Shown here: in pieces, positions 7,061-15,175 of the stretch
Layout of the letters: each line of letters opens with the position of its first letter
How positions within the stretch are numbered: the first letter of the stretch is position 1
Source of the DNA: Actinomycetales bacterium
GTDB taxonomy: Bacteria; Actinomycetota; Actinomycetes; Actinomycetales; Beutenbergiaceae
NCBI GenBank assembly: GCA_016649925.1
Contig: JAENWO010000001.1
Location: 1 to 29,232 of the forward strand
Length of the DNA stretch: 29,232 nt
Direction: 5' to 3'
The notes under the pieces: model-generated
Seen by the model: the letters and a program-made list of their open reading frames with translations, nothing else
What the model was told of the DNA's origin: nothing
The model's database searches: none
Made by a program: the position numbers and the translations under genes

Positions 7061-8279
7061 ACTGGCGCCAGTGCTGGTCCGGACCCAGCGCACGGACGCG
7101 GATCGTCGCTTCCATCGCCTGGAGCTGCTCGAGGGCGTGCTCCGGCAGTGGGCCGCCGATGTCCGTCACCACGTAGCCGATCTCACCCCAGGTGCCGAGC
7201 GCCTGGCTCTCGATGTTGACGCCGCCGGAGGACAACGCCTGGTTGACGCCGGCGAGGACGCCGGGCACGTTGCGGTGCAGGTGCGCGATCCGGTGGGCTC
7301 CCTCGCGGGGGCGGTCCAGGATCAGGCTGGGCACGTTGACGCTCAGCGCCGTGGCGCCCACCTCGAGGTAGTCCCGCAGCTTCCCGGCCACGAAGAGGCC
7401 GATGTCCTCCTGCGCCTCCTCGGTGGAGCCGCCCACGTGCGGGGTGAGGATGACGTTGGGCAGGTCGCGCAGCTCGGAATCGAAGGAGTCGCCCTGCTTC
7501 TTCGGCTCGACCGGGAAGACGTCGACAGCGGCGCCGACCACCCGCCCGGAGAGGATCTGGTGCCGCAGGTGGGAGTAGTCCACGAGGAAGCCGCGGGAGA
7601 GGTTGAGGAAGATCGAGCCCTCCTTCATCCGCGCGAACTGCGTCGGCCCGAACATCCCGGCGTTGCCGGGCCGGCCGTCGACGTGCAGGGTGACGACGTC
7701 CGCAACGTCCAGCAGCTCGTCCAGGCTGGACATCCGCCGGGCATTGCCCAGGGCCAGCTTCTCCGCGGAGTCGTAGAAGACCACCCGCATGCCGACCGCC
7801 TCCGCCAGTACGGAGAGCTGCGTGCCGATGTTGCCGTAGCCAACGATCCCGAGCGTTCGGCCGCGAACCTCGTGCGACCCGGCGGCGGACTTGTCCCAGA
7901 CGCCGGCGTGCAGGGACTTGTCGCGCTCGGTCAGTCGGCGGGTGAGCGCGATGATCTCGGCGAGCGTGAGCTCCACCACGGACCGGGTGTTGGAGAACGG
8001 CGCGTTGAAGACCGCGACGCCGTGGTTCGCCGCTGCCCGCAGCTCGACCTGGTTCGTGCCGATGCCGAACGCCCCGACGGCGAGCAGGCGCTCCGAGCGC
8101 TCGAGGACCCGGGAGGTCACCTGCGTCTTCGAGCGGATGCCGAGGATGTCGACACCCGCGAGCGCCTCGATCAGCTCGTCCTCGTCGAGGGCGCCCTTGT
8201 GCGTGACCACCTCGATCCCGGTCTTCTCAAGGAGCTCGGTCCCCAGCGGATGGATGTTCTCAAGGAGCAGCGCTTTCAC
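7059..8279 (-). CDS. serA: D-3-phosphoglycerate dehydrogenase (E. coli-type, with ACT domain)
   Basis: KALLLENIH, GIRSKTQV, PFSNTRSVVE, GIVGYGNIG, LTPHVGGSTEEAQ, ACT HLHRNVPGVL. Start GTG 8279 preferred over 8294 because GACGAT lies 6 nt upstream (leaderless geometry). Confidence 0.93.
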   Translation of the reverse strand: MKALLLENIHPLGTELLEKTGIEVVTHKGALDEDELIEALAGVDILGIRSKTQVTSRVLERSERLLAVGAFGIGTNQVELRAAANHGVAVFNAPFSNTRSVVELTLAEIIALTRRLTERDKSLHAGVWDKSAAGSHEVRGRTLGIVGYGNIGTQLSVLAEAVGMRVVFYDSAEKLALGNARRMSSLDELLDVADVVTLHVDGRPGNAGMFGPTQFARMKEGSIFLNLSRGFLVDYSHLRHQILSGRVVGAAVDVFPVEPKKQGDSFDSELRDLPNVILTPHVGGSTEEAQEDIGLFVAGKLRDYLEVGATALSVNVPSLILDRPREGAHRIAHLHRNVPGVLAGVNQALSSGGVNIESQALGTWGEIGYVVTDIGGPLPEHALEQLQAMEATIRVRALGPDQHWRQ

Positions 8280-8321
8280 CCCGACATCGTCCACCCGTCC
8301 GACGTGTGAACAAACTCGCTC

Positions 8322-10523
8322 TCACCTGCTGGACGGATCCAGGCCCTCCGGCAGCGGTGCGGCGTGCACCACGTGCAGTCTCGTGGTCGGTCGGGTGATC
8401 GCGACGTAGACGTCACCGGGTCCGTGACCGGCTCGCAGCACGTGGTCGGGCTCGACCAGCACGACCACGTCGAACTCGAGCCCCTTGCTCGCGGCCGGAT
8501 CCAGCACGACGACCTCGTCGGTGAGGTCGACGGGCTCTCCCGTGGCGAGTGCTCTGGCCACCTGGTGGCGCAGGGCCGACGGTGCGATCACCGCGAGCTT
8601 GCCGCCGCCGAGCTCGGCCCGCTCCTTCGCCACCACGTCCACCACGCCCTGGATGAGGTCCGTGGTGTGAGTGATGACGAGTGCGTCCGGGAGGTCGCGA
8701 GCCGATGTGACCGGCGTCGGGGGGTGCTGCGGATCGGCCGCGATCGCGACTCGCCGGGCCGCGTCCATGACGGACGACGGCGTCCGGTAGTTCACGGTGA
8801 GCGTCGCCAGGCGCCAGGCGCCACGCAGCTGCCCCTCCAGCATCCGTCCCCAGTCCCGCGCGCCCGCGCTGGTGGAGGTCTGCGAGACGTCGCCCACGAT
8901 CGTCATGGACCGCCTCGGGTTCCGGCGGATGAGGGCACGCCACGCCATCGCGGAGAGCTCCTGGGCCTCGTCGATGACGATGTGGCCGTAGGTCCAGCTG
9001 CGGTCGCTGATCGCGCGCTCGGCGGTCGTCAGGCTCGGACCGCTGGAGGCGAACCGGTCCGCCAGCATCTCGGCGCTGACGATCCCCCCACCGGCGCCGG
9101 TGCTGGACAGGACGTCGCGGGCGAACTCCACCTCCTGCTCACGGCCGGCCCGCTCGAGGCGGGCCCGGGCGCGGTCGGCCGACTCGTCCGCGCCGATCAG
9201 CTCGGCGGCCTCGTCGATCAAGGGCACGTCCGCGAGGGTCCACGACGCGTCACGGTCCCGGAGCAGGAGCGCCCGCTCCGCCGCGGACAGCTCCGGCGCG
9301 GCGTGCGCGAGCCGCTCCGGGTGCGCGTACAGGCCCGCCAGCAGAGGGGCCGCGGACAGCGGCATCCAGCACAGGTTCAGCGCCACGCGCACATCGCGTG
9401 CGGAGCGGATCTCCTCGAGGATCTCCGCGCGGTCCTCCTCGCCCATGCCCCCGATCTGCTCGGCGTACTGGATCGCCAGGGCCGAGAGCATCGAGCGCAC
9501 GAACGTGACCCGGGCCTGGTTGTGCGGGGTGTGGGTGCGCCGCGCCTTGGCCTGCGCCTCACGCACGTCCGCCGGCAGGAGCCGCAGCGTGACGGATCCC
9601 ACCCCCAGGTCACGGGCGGGGAGGACCCGCTGCTGTGCCCGGACGGCCCGCGCGATGATCCGCACCCACACGGCGCGGCCCTTGACCTCGGCGACGGCAT
9701 CGTCCTCCACGCCGGTGGCGACGATGCCGGGCACGAGGTCCGCCATCGTGGAGGTGACCACACCGGTCTCGCCCAGGGACGGCAGTACCTGCTCGATGTA
9801 GCGCAGGAAGACCCGGCTCGGCCCGATCAGCAGCACGCCCGAGCGTTCCAGCCGCTGGCGGTGCGCATAGAGGAGGTAGGCGGCGCGGTGCAGCGCGACG
9901 GCAGTCTTGCCCGTCCCGGGTCCGCCCTGGACCACCAGGACGCCGTCGAGCTCGGACCGGATGACCGCGTCCTGCTCGGCCTGGATCGTCGCGACGATGT
10001 CGCCCATCCGCCCGGTCCGGTGCGCACCGAGTGCGGCGAGGAGCGCGCCCTCGCCGGAGAGGTTGAGCTCAGCGGCCTCACCGAGCGCCGCGAGGTCGAG
10101 GACGTCGTCCTCCACGGAGACCACGGTGCGCCCGCGGGTGTGCAGGTGGCGGCGCAGGATGACGTCGCCGGGGGAGGCGGCGGTCGCCTGGTAGAACGGC
10201 CGGGCCGCAGGCGCGCGCCAGTCGGTGAGCATCGGGGCGTGCTCGGCGTCGGAGATGCCGAGGCGACCGACGTACCGGCGCTCGCCGTCGCGCAGGTCGA
10301 GGCGACCGAACACGAGCCGGTCCTCGACGGAGTCGAGCTGGGCCAGGCGGTCGGAGTAGAGGGTCGCGAACGCGTCGCGCTCGGAGCGGTTCTGCGGCGA
10401 GCCCGAGGGGCCGCTGCGGCGCACCTCGGCCAACCGCCGTCTGGACTGGCGGCGCAGGGCGTCCAGGCGGGCGTAGACGGCGTCGAGATAAGACTGCTCG
10501 GTGGCGTGCGGCTGGTTCGTCAC
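8322..10523 (-). CDS. helD: HelD-family RNA polymerase recycling ATPase (UvrD-like SF1)
   Basis: EQSYLD..Y.RL coiled N-terminus, LVFGRLDL, RYVGRLGI, DWRAPAARPFYQAT, IVATIQAEQD, QGGPGTGKT, ALHRAAYLLY, IDEAQELS, VGDVSQT, LTVNYRTP, SKGLEFD, YVAITRPT. GTG 10523 chosen as start. Confidence 0.85.
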   Translation of the reverse strand: MTNQPHATEQSYLDAVYARLDALRRQSRRRLAEVRRSGPSGSPQNRSERDAFATLYSDRLAQLDSVEDRLVFGRLDLRDGERRYVGRLGISDAEHAPMLTDWRAPAARPFYQATAASPGDVILRRHLHTRGRTVVSVEDDVLDLAALGEAAELNLSGEGALLAALGAHRTGRMGDIVATIQAEQDAVIRSELDGVLVVQGGPGTGKTAVALHRAAYLLYAHRQRLERSGVLLIGPSRVFLRYIEQVLPSLGETGVVTSTMADLVPGIVATGVEDDAVAEVKGRAVWVRIIARAVRAQQRVLPARDLGVGSVTLRLLPADVREAQAKARRTHTPHNQARVTFVRSMLSALAIQYAEQIGGMGEEDRAEILEEIRSARDVRVALNLCWMPLSAAPLLAGLYAHPERLAHAAPELSAAERALLLRDRDASWTLADVPLIDEAAELIGADESADRARARLERAGREQEVEFARDVLSSTGAGGGIVSAEMLADRFASSGPSLTTAERAISDRSWTYGHIVIDEAQELSAMAWRALIRRNPRRSMTIVGDVSQTSTSAGARDWGRMLEGQLRGAWRLATLTVNYRTPSSVMDAARRVAIAADPQHPPTPVTSARDLPDALVITHTTDLIQGVVDVVAKERAELGGGKLAVIAPSALRHQVARALATGEPVDLTDEVVVLDPAASKGLEFDVVVLVEPDHVLRAGHGPGDVYVAITRPTTRLHVVHAAPLPEGLDPSSR

Positions 10524-10726
10524 GGGTTCGCTCGCGGGTACGGCGTGATCGGATCTCCCCTGCTGGTGTGTCCTGGGTGTGCCCCTTCGGAGCAGCCGTC
10601 CATTATCCACCTAGCATGGGGTGTGCGCGCACGCCGACCGTCCTTCGGAAAGTTCGACGGCCGGCCCTCGCAGCGGGAATGCCGAATCCCGTCCGGACGT
10701 TGACGAGAGCGGAGGTTAAACAAGCG

Positions 10727-11653
10727 ATGACACGCGATCCACGAGAGTTGTACACCCGCACGAGCGGGGCAACGGGCCTGCGCGAGGGCGAGGTGCCGGT
10801 GCTCGTCCATGCCCTCCAGGGCACCATCGACGCCGGTCATGCGGGTCGCCTCGTCGCTCGGCACCTGACGACGAAGCTCACCACCGAGCGCCTCATCGAC
10901 TTCGACGTCGACGCGCTGCTCGACTACCGCTCCCGTCGGCCCACCATGACGTTCGACGCCGGAGCCTGGCAGTCCTACGACGAACCGGAGCTCGTGATCG
11001 ACCTCCTGCGTGACGACGAGGGTGCGCCGCTGCTGCTCATGCACGGGCTGGAGCCGGACCTGTACTGGGAACGCTTCGTCGCGGCTGTCCGCACGGTGAT
11101 CGAGGACTTCGGTGTGACGACGACGATCGGGGTGCACGGCATCCCGATGGGTGTCCCGCACACGCGTCCGGTCACCGTCACCGCGCACGCGACCCGGGGC
11201 GAGCTGATCGCCGCGCACCCGAACTTCTTCTCCGCCGTGCAGGTCCCGGCCAGCGCCGCCGCCCTGCTCGAGCTGCGCCTCGGGCAGGAGGGTCGCGACG
11301 CCCTCGGCTTCGCGGCGAACGTGCCGCACTACCTCGCCCAGACCGAGTACCCCCAGGCGGCCGCCGAGCTGGTCAGGCAGATCTCCCGGACCACCGGGCT
11401 GAGCCTGCCGCTGGGCGACCTCGAGGCAGCCGGGGCGAAGGTCCTCGCCGAGATCGATCGGCAGGTCGAGGGGTCCGAGGAGGTCTCCGCCGTCGTCCAT
11501 GCCCTCGAGGTGCAGTTCGACTCGTTCGCCGAGGCGACGGGCCACGACCAGCGTGCCTCGCTGCTGGCCCGGTCGGAGGAGCTGCCGAGCGCGGACGAGC
11601 TGGGAGCCCAGTTCGAGGCCTACCTGGCGGGTCAGGACTCCGACGGCGATTGA
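10727..11653 (+). CDS. PAC2 (proteasome assembly chaperone) family protein
   Basis: RBS GGAGG 10711-10715. GTIDAGHAG, FDVDALLDYRSRRP, GLEPDLYWERF, HGIPMGVPHTRP, AANVPHYLAQTEYP, ELGAQFEAYL. Confidence 0.85.
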   Translation: MTRDPRELYTRTSGATGLREGEVPVLVHALQGTIDAGHAGRLVARHLTTKLTTERLIDFDVDALLDYRSRRPTMTFDAGAWQSYDEPELVIDLLRDDEGAPLLLMHGLEPDLYWERFVAAVRTVIEDFGVTTTIGVHGIPMGVPHTRPVTVTAHATRGELIAAHPNFFSAVQVPASAAALLELRLGQEGRDALGFAANVPHYLAQTEYPQAAAELVRQISRTTGLSLPLGDLEAAGAKVLAEIDRQVEGSEEVSAVVHALEVQFDSFAEATGHDQRASLLARSEELPSADELGAQFEAYLAGQDSDGD

Positions 11654-11890
11654 CGTCGTCGGACCCGTGGCGGGCGCGGGTACAACCGTGCCAGACTTGC
11701 TCTCGTTGCAGGCAGTTCTCTTACGTACGATCCGGGGCCAAGCACAATCCGGTGCAGGTCTCACGGACGTTCGTGGGGCCCTTTGTGGGTCCTGCGTCCG
11801 GTCCGAGCAGGACGTGGGGCGAGGCATTGCGGCACAGCGGGACGTGCACACGGCTCGTCCTACTCCTGTTCCCGGAAGGACTCGCACAAC

Positions 11891-12094
11891 ATGGCACAGG
11901 GAATCGTCAAATGGTTCAACTCTGAGAAGGGTTACGGCTTCATCGCCCAGGACGGCGGCGGCGACGACGTCTTCGTCCACTACTCGGCCATCCAGTCCGA
12001 CGGCTACCGCAGCCTCGAAGAGGCTCAGCGTGTCGAGTTCGAGATCACCCAGGGACCCAAGGGTCCTCAGGCGGAGAGCGTTCGCCCGCTCTGA
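11891..12094 (+). CDS. Cold-shock protein (CspA family)
   Basis: [18 protein letters not shown] (RNP1), DVFVHYSAI (RNP2), [10 protein letters not shown]; RBS GAAGGA; 67 aa. Confidence 0.96.
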   Translation: MAQGIVKWFNSEKGYGFIAQDGGGDDVFVHYSAIQSDGYRSLEEAQRVEFEITQGPKGPQAESVRPL

Positions 12095-12988
12095 TCAGGC
12101 TCCGAACCGGGGGCCCGCATCCGCGCAGGGTGCGGGACCCCGTCCGGCACCTCCCGCCGGCTCCGGGTCTGGGTAGGGCCGCGACGTTCCGATGAACTGG
12201 TCCAGGGCGGCGGAGTGCACGAGCGTTGCCGGGGCGGGCAGGCGTCGCAGCCGGCGTTCGATCCGCTCGAACGGCAGCGGCGCGCCAGAGCCGACCAGCA
12301 CGACGTTGCCGTACCGGCGCCCACGGAGGACCCCTGGCTCGACGATCACGGCTGTGTGCGCGAAGACACTGCGTACCGTGGCCGCCTCGCGGCGCGCGTG
12401 CGGCAGCGGGGGATGGTCCGCACTGTTCGCGAGGTACAGACCGTTCGGGCCCAGGGCGCGGCCGACCTCCCGGGTGAACTCGAGCGTGCGCACGTGCTCC
12501 GGGACCACGCGCTGGGCGAAGACGTCGCGGATGACGACGTCGAAGCCACCCTCGCGCAGCGTCGTCAGGGCGTGCCGTGCGTCGTCGATTCGGATCCTCA
12601 GCCGCGGTGCGCGCGGAAGGGCGAACCACTCCCGCACGTACTGGGCGAGCAGTGGGTCGATCTCCACAGCGAGCTGGCGGGAGCCGGGCCACCGCGCGTC
12701 CACGGCGCGGGCCATCGCGCAGCCCGCCGCACCGAGGTGCACTGCACGGACGCCCTCGCCCTCGGGGAGCACCTCTTCGAGCACCTCGGCCATCTGCTGC
12801 ATGTACTCGAAGACGAGACGGGTCGGATCGACGAGGTCGAGGTAGGAGCTCTCCACGCCGTCCAGGAGGAGCAGCACGCCGTCGGGATCGGCGGTGTCGG
12901 TGCTCAGCTCTACGCTCGAGAACGTCGAGGCTACGGGTCCGGTCGGCAGGTCGGGGAAGTCCCGGCGGACCGGGGAACGTCGGGCCAT
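12095..12988 (-). CDS. Spermidine-synthase-like class I SAM-dependent methyltransferase
   Basis: LLLDGVESSYLDL.DPTRLVFEYMQ, VHLGAAG, VEIDP, RIDDAR, DVVIRDVF, GLYLAN, YGNVVLVGS. ATG 12988 lies 6 nt after -10 TACGGT (13000-12995). Confidence 0.8.
   Translation of the reverse strand: MARRSPVRRDFPDLPTGPVASTFSSVELSTDTADPDGVLLLLDGVESSYLDLVDPTRLVFEYMQQMAEVLEEVLPEGEGVRAVHLGAAGCAMARAVDARWPGSRQLAVEIDPLLAQYVREWFALPRAPRLRIRIDDARHALTTLREGGFDVVIRDVFAQRVVPEHVRTLEFTREVGRALGPNGLYLANSADHPPLPHARREAATVRSVFAHTAVIVEPGVLRGRRYGNVVLVGSGAPLPFERIERRLRRLPAPATLVHSAALDQFIGTSRPYPDPEPAGGAGRGPAPCADAGPRFGA
12109..12141. terminator. Hairpin downstream of csp
   Basis: GGGG-G-CCCGCATCC / GCGCA / GGGTGCGGG-A-CCCC, 15 bp after the csp stop, inside the Pro/Gly-rich tail of the convergent ORF. 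Confidence 0.55.
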
Positions 12989-13003
12989 CCCCAGACCGTA
13001 CCC

Positions 13004-13033
13004 TTGACAGACGTAGAACAAGCGTTCGATACT
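13004..13033 (+). promoter_or_regulatory. Promoter TTGACA-18-GATACT containing LexA box TAGAAC-AAGC-GTTCGA (13014-13029)
   Basis: Perfect -35. The SOS box has 1 mismatch to TCGAAC-N4-GTTCGA, occupies the spacer and overlaps the -10. Confidence 0.82.
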
Positions 13034-13060
13034 GGTCGGACGAGGGACGGGAGGCTCCTG

Positions 13061-13483
13061 ATGGGAAACGCGATAGCCGGGCAGCTCGTGCGACGAGCCC
13101 ATGCCGAGCTCGACCAGATCGGTTCAGTCAGCGACGAACGCACCGCGTTCCTGCACGCCCACATGGCGGCGCTTCGCGCAGCGGCGGCGGTCCTGGCCCT
13201 CACCCCGGCCGTGGCGTCCCGCACACGGCGTCGCCGCCGGGCCGTGCTCAGCGTGTGGGAGCAGCTGGCGGAGGCCGGGCCCCAGTGGGAGAGCTGGGCC
13301 GACTTCTTCGCCGCGGGCGCACCGATCCGCGCCGCGATCGACTCCGACCGCGAGGTCGATCTCGACCGTGACCGGCTGGGGAGCACGCTCGCGACCGCCA
13401 CCGACTTCGTCGCCCTCGTCACCGAGCGCGTCGCCCTCCAGGACGCTCCCGCACCCGGGTCCCTCGCCGCGCTGGCCTCTTGA
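13061..13483 (+). CDS. SAV_6107-like HEPN-domain protein
   Basis: RBS GGGAGG; 140 aa, all-helical. AHMAALRAAAAVL...SVWEQL...WADFFAAGA..RAA pattern recalled as typical of this family. Confidence 0.75.
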   Translation: MGNAIAGQLVRRAHAELDQIGSVSDERTAFLHAHMAALRAAAAVLALTPAVASRTRRRRRAVLSVWEQLAEAGPQWESWADFFAAGAPIRAAIDSDREVDLDRDRLGSTLATATDFVALVTERVALQDAPAPGSLAALAS

Positions 13484-13490
13484 GGTCCCG

Positions 13491-14738
13491 ATGAGCCGTG
13501 GGCCGCGCAGCGAGGCAGCGAACCGGGACTGGGGTGCGGACGATTCCGGAACGCCGATCCTGCACGTCGACATGGACGCGTTCTTCGCCGCGGTCGAGCT
13601 CATCGACCGACCCGAGCTGCGTGGCCGGCCGGTCATCGTCGGTGGGCAGCATCGCGGTGTCGTCCTGTCCGCCACCTATGAGGCCCGCGCGGCCGGAGTG
13701 CATTCGGCGATGCCGATGAGCCGGGCCCGCGCGCTCTGTCCGCAGGCGATCGTCATCTCGCCCGACCACCGGCGCTACCGCGACGTCTCGCGCGAGGTGA
13801 TGCGGATCCTCGGAGAGGTCACCCCGGTGATCGAGCCGCTGAGCATCGACGAGGCGTTCCTGGACGTCTCCGGAGCGCGGCGTCGGGTCGGGCCGCCCAC
13901 GGTCATCGCCGAGCGTATCCGCGAACGCATCGCCCGCGAGCTGCACGTGATCGCCTCGGTCGGGATCGCCTCCACGAAGTTCGTCGCCAAGCTGGCCTCG
14001 AGCCACGCCAAGCCGGACGGCATGCTGCTCATCCCGCACGAGGCGACGATCCCGTTCCTGCACGCACTGCCGGTCGGCGCACTCTGGGGTGTGGGAGAGC
14101 GCACCCAGGAGACCCTCGCCCGGCTGGCGATCCACACCGTCGCGGACCTGGCCCACACCCCGCCGCCCGCGCTGTACCGGCTCGTCGGCGCGGCCTCCGG
14201 CCAGCGCCTGCTCGATCTGGCGTGGGGCCGGGATCCGCGCGCGGTCGAGCCGGTGCGGCAGGAGAAGTCGATCGGGCACGAGCAGACGTTCTTCACCGAT
14301 CTCACCGACCTCGCGGACCTGTCGGCGGTGCTGCTGGACCAGTCGCACCGTTGTGCCGCGCGCCTGCGGGCCGCTGAGCTGGTGACGTCCGGCGTCTCGA
14401 TCAAGGTGCGGCTCGCCGACTTCACCACGTTGACCCGGTCCCACCCGCTCGACGCCGCCACCGACGTCGCGCACGACATCTACATGGCGGCCCGGTCGCT
14501 GCTCGCCGGGATGACGCTGCCCCCCGGCGGGGTGCGTCTGCTGGGCGTGCGCTGTGACGCGCTCAGTGACTCCGCGACCACCGCGGTCCAGGCCACGCTC
14601 GACGATCCGGGCACCGAGAGACGGGACGCGGAGCGGACCATGGACGTGGTCAGGGCACGCTACGGTGCCTCGGCGCTCACCGCGGGTTCACTGATCGGGA
14701 CTCCCGCTACCGCGAAAGGCAAGAGCGACATATCCTGA
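13491..14738 (+). CDS. dinB: DNA polymerase IV (Y family)
   Basis: ILHVDMDAFFAAVE, SATYEAR, SIDEAFLD, KFVAKLAS, HhH LWGVG, little finger EKSIGHEQTF...IKVRLADFTTLTRS, VRLLGV. Starts 7 nt after the HEPN stop. Confidence 0.95.
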   Translation: MSRGPRSEAANRDWGADDSGTPILHVDMDAFFAAVELIDRPELRGRPVIVGGQHRGVVLSATYEARAAGVHSAMPMSRARALCPQAIVISPDHRRYRDVSREVMRILGEVTPVIEPLSIDEAFLDVSGARRRVGPPTVIAERIRERIARELHVIASVGIASTKFVAKLASSHAKPDGMLLIPHEATIPFLHALPVGALWGVGERTQETLARLAIHTVADLAHTPPPALYRLVGAASGQRLLDLAWGRDPRAVEPVRQEKSIGHEQTFFTDLTDLADLSAVLLDQSHRCAARLRAAELVTSGVSIKVRLADFTTLTRSHPLDAATDVAHDIYMAARSLLAGMTLPPGGVRLLGVRCDALSDSATTAVQATLDDPGTERRDAERTMDVVRARYGASALTAGSLIGTPATAKGKSDIS

Positions 14739-14788
14739 TGGCAGGGCCCCACGGCGGGGCGAGTCCATGGACCGATTCGGGAGGTGAC

Positions 14789-15172
14789 ATGCCTCTCTCC
14801 GAGTACGAACAGCGCGTGCTGGAGCAGATGGAGCAGCAGCTTCGCTCCGATGACCCCCGGCTCGCCGACGCGATCGCTGGCAAGCCGACGCGACGGACCA
14901 TGCACATGGTCCTAGGCACGCTCGCAATACTGGCCGGCCTCGGCATGCTCGTCGGCGGTGCAGCTGTGCCCAACATCTGGCTCGGCGTCGGAGGTTTCCT
15001 CGCGATGTTCGGCGGTGTGCTGCTCGCACTCTCCCAGCCGAAGGTGGGACCAGCGCCCGCTTCGCGCGCAACGGCCGCACCGAGCAACGTGCTCCCGCTC
15101 AAACGCCGCTCCTCCGGGTTCATGCAGCGGCTCGAGGAGCGCTGGGATCGGCGTCGGCGCGAGGGTCGCTGA
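14789..15172 (+). CDS. DUF3040-family membrane protein
   Basis: MPLSEYEQRVLEQMEQQLRSDDPRLA, two TM helices, FMQRLEERWDRRR; RBS GGGAGG; candidate own -10 TATCCT at 14731-14736. Confidence 0.9.
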   Translation: MPLSEYEQRVLEQMEQQLRSDDPRLADAIAGKPTRRTMHMVLGTLAILAGLGMLVGGAAVPNIWLGVGGFLAMFGGVLLALSQPKVGPAPASRATAAPSNVLPLKRRSSGFMQRLEERWDRRRREGR

Positions 15173-15175
15173 GCG

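Noticed and set aside
10524-10726. Rifamycin-associated element that would make the helicase an inducible HelR
   Set aside because: No 19-bp RAE-like inverted repeat (GGGGCTTGCGGCAAGGCCC type) is visible upstream.
13569-13595. Altered steric gate (ribonucleotide-permissive DinB2 type)
   Set aside because: The motif is DAFFA, retaining the canonical Phe.
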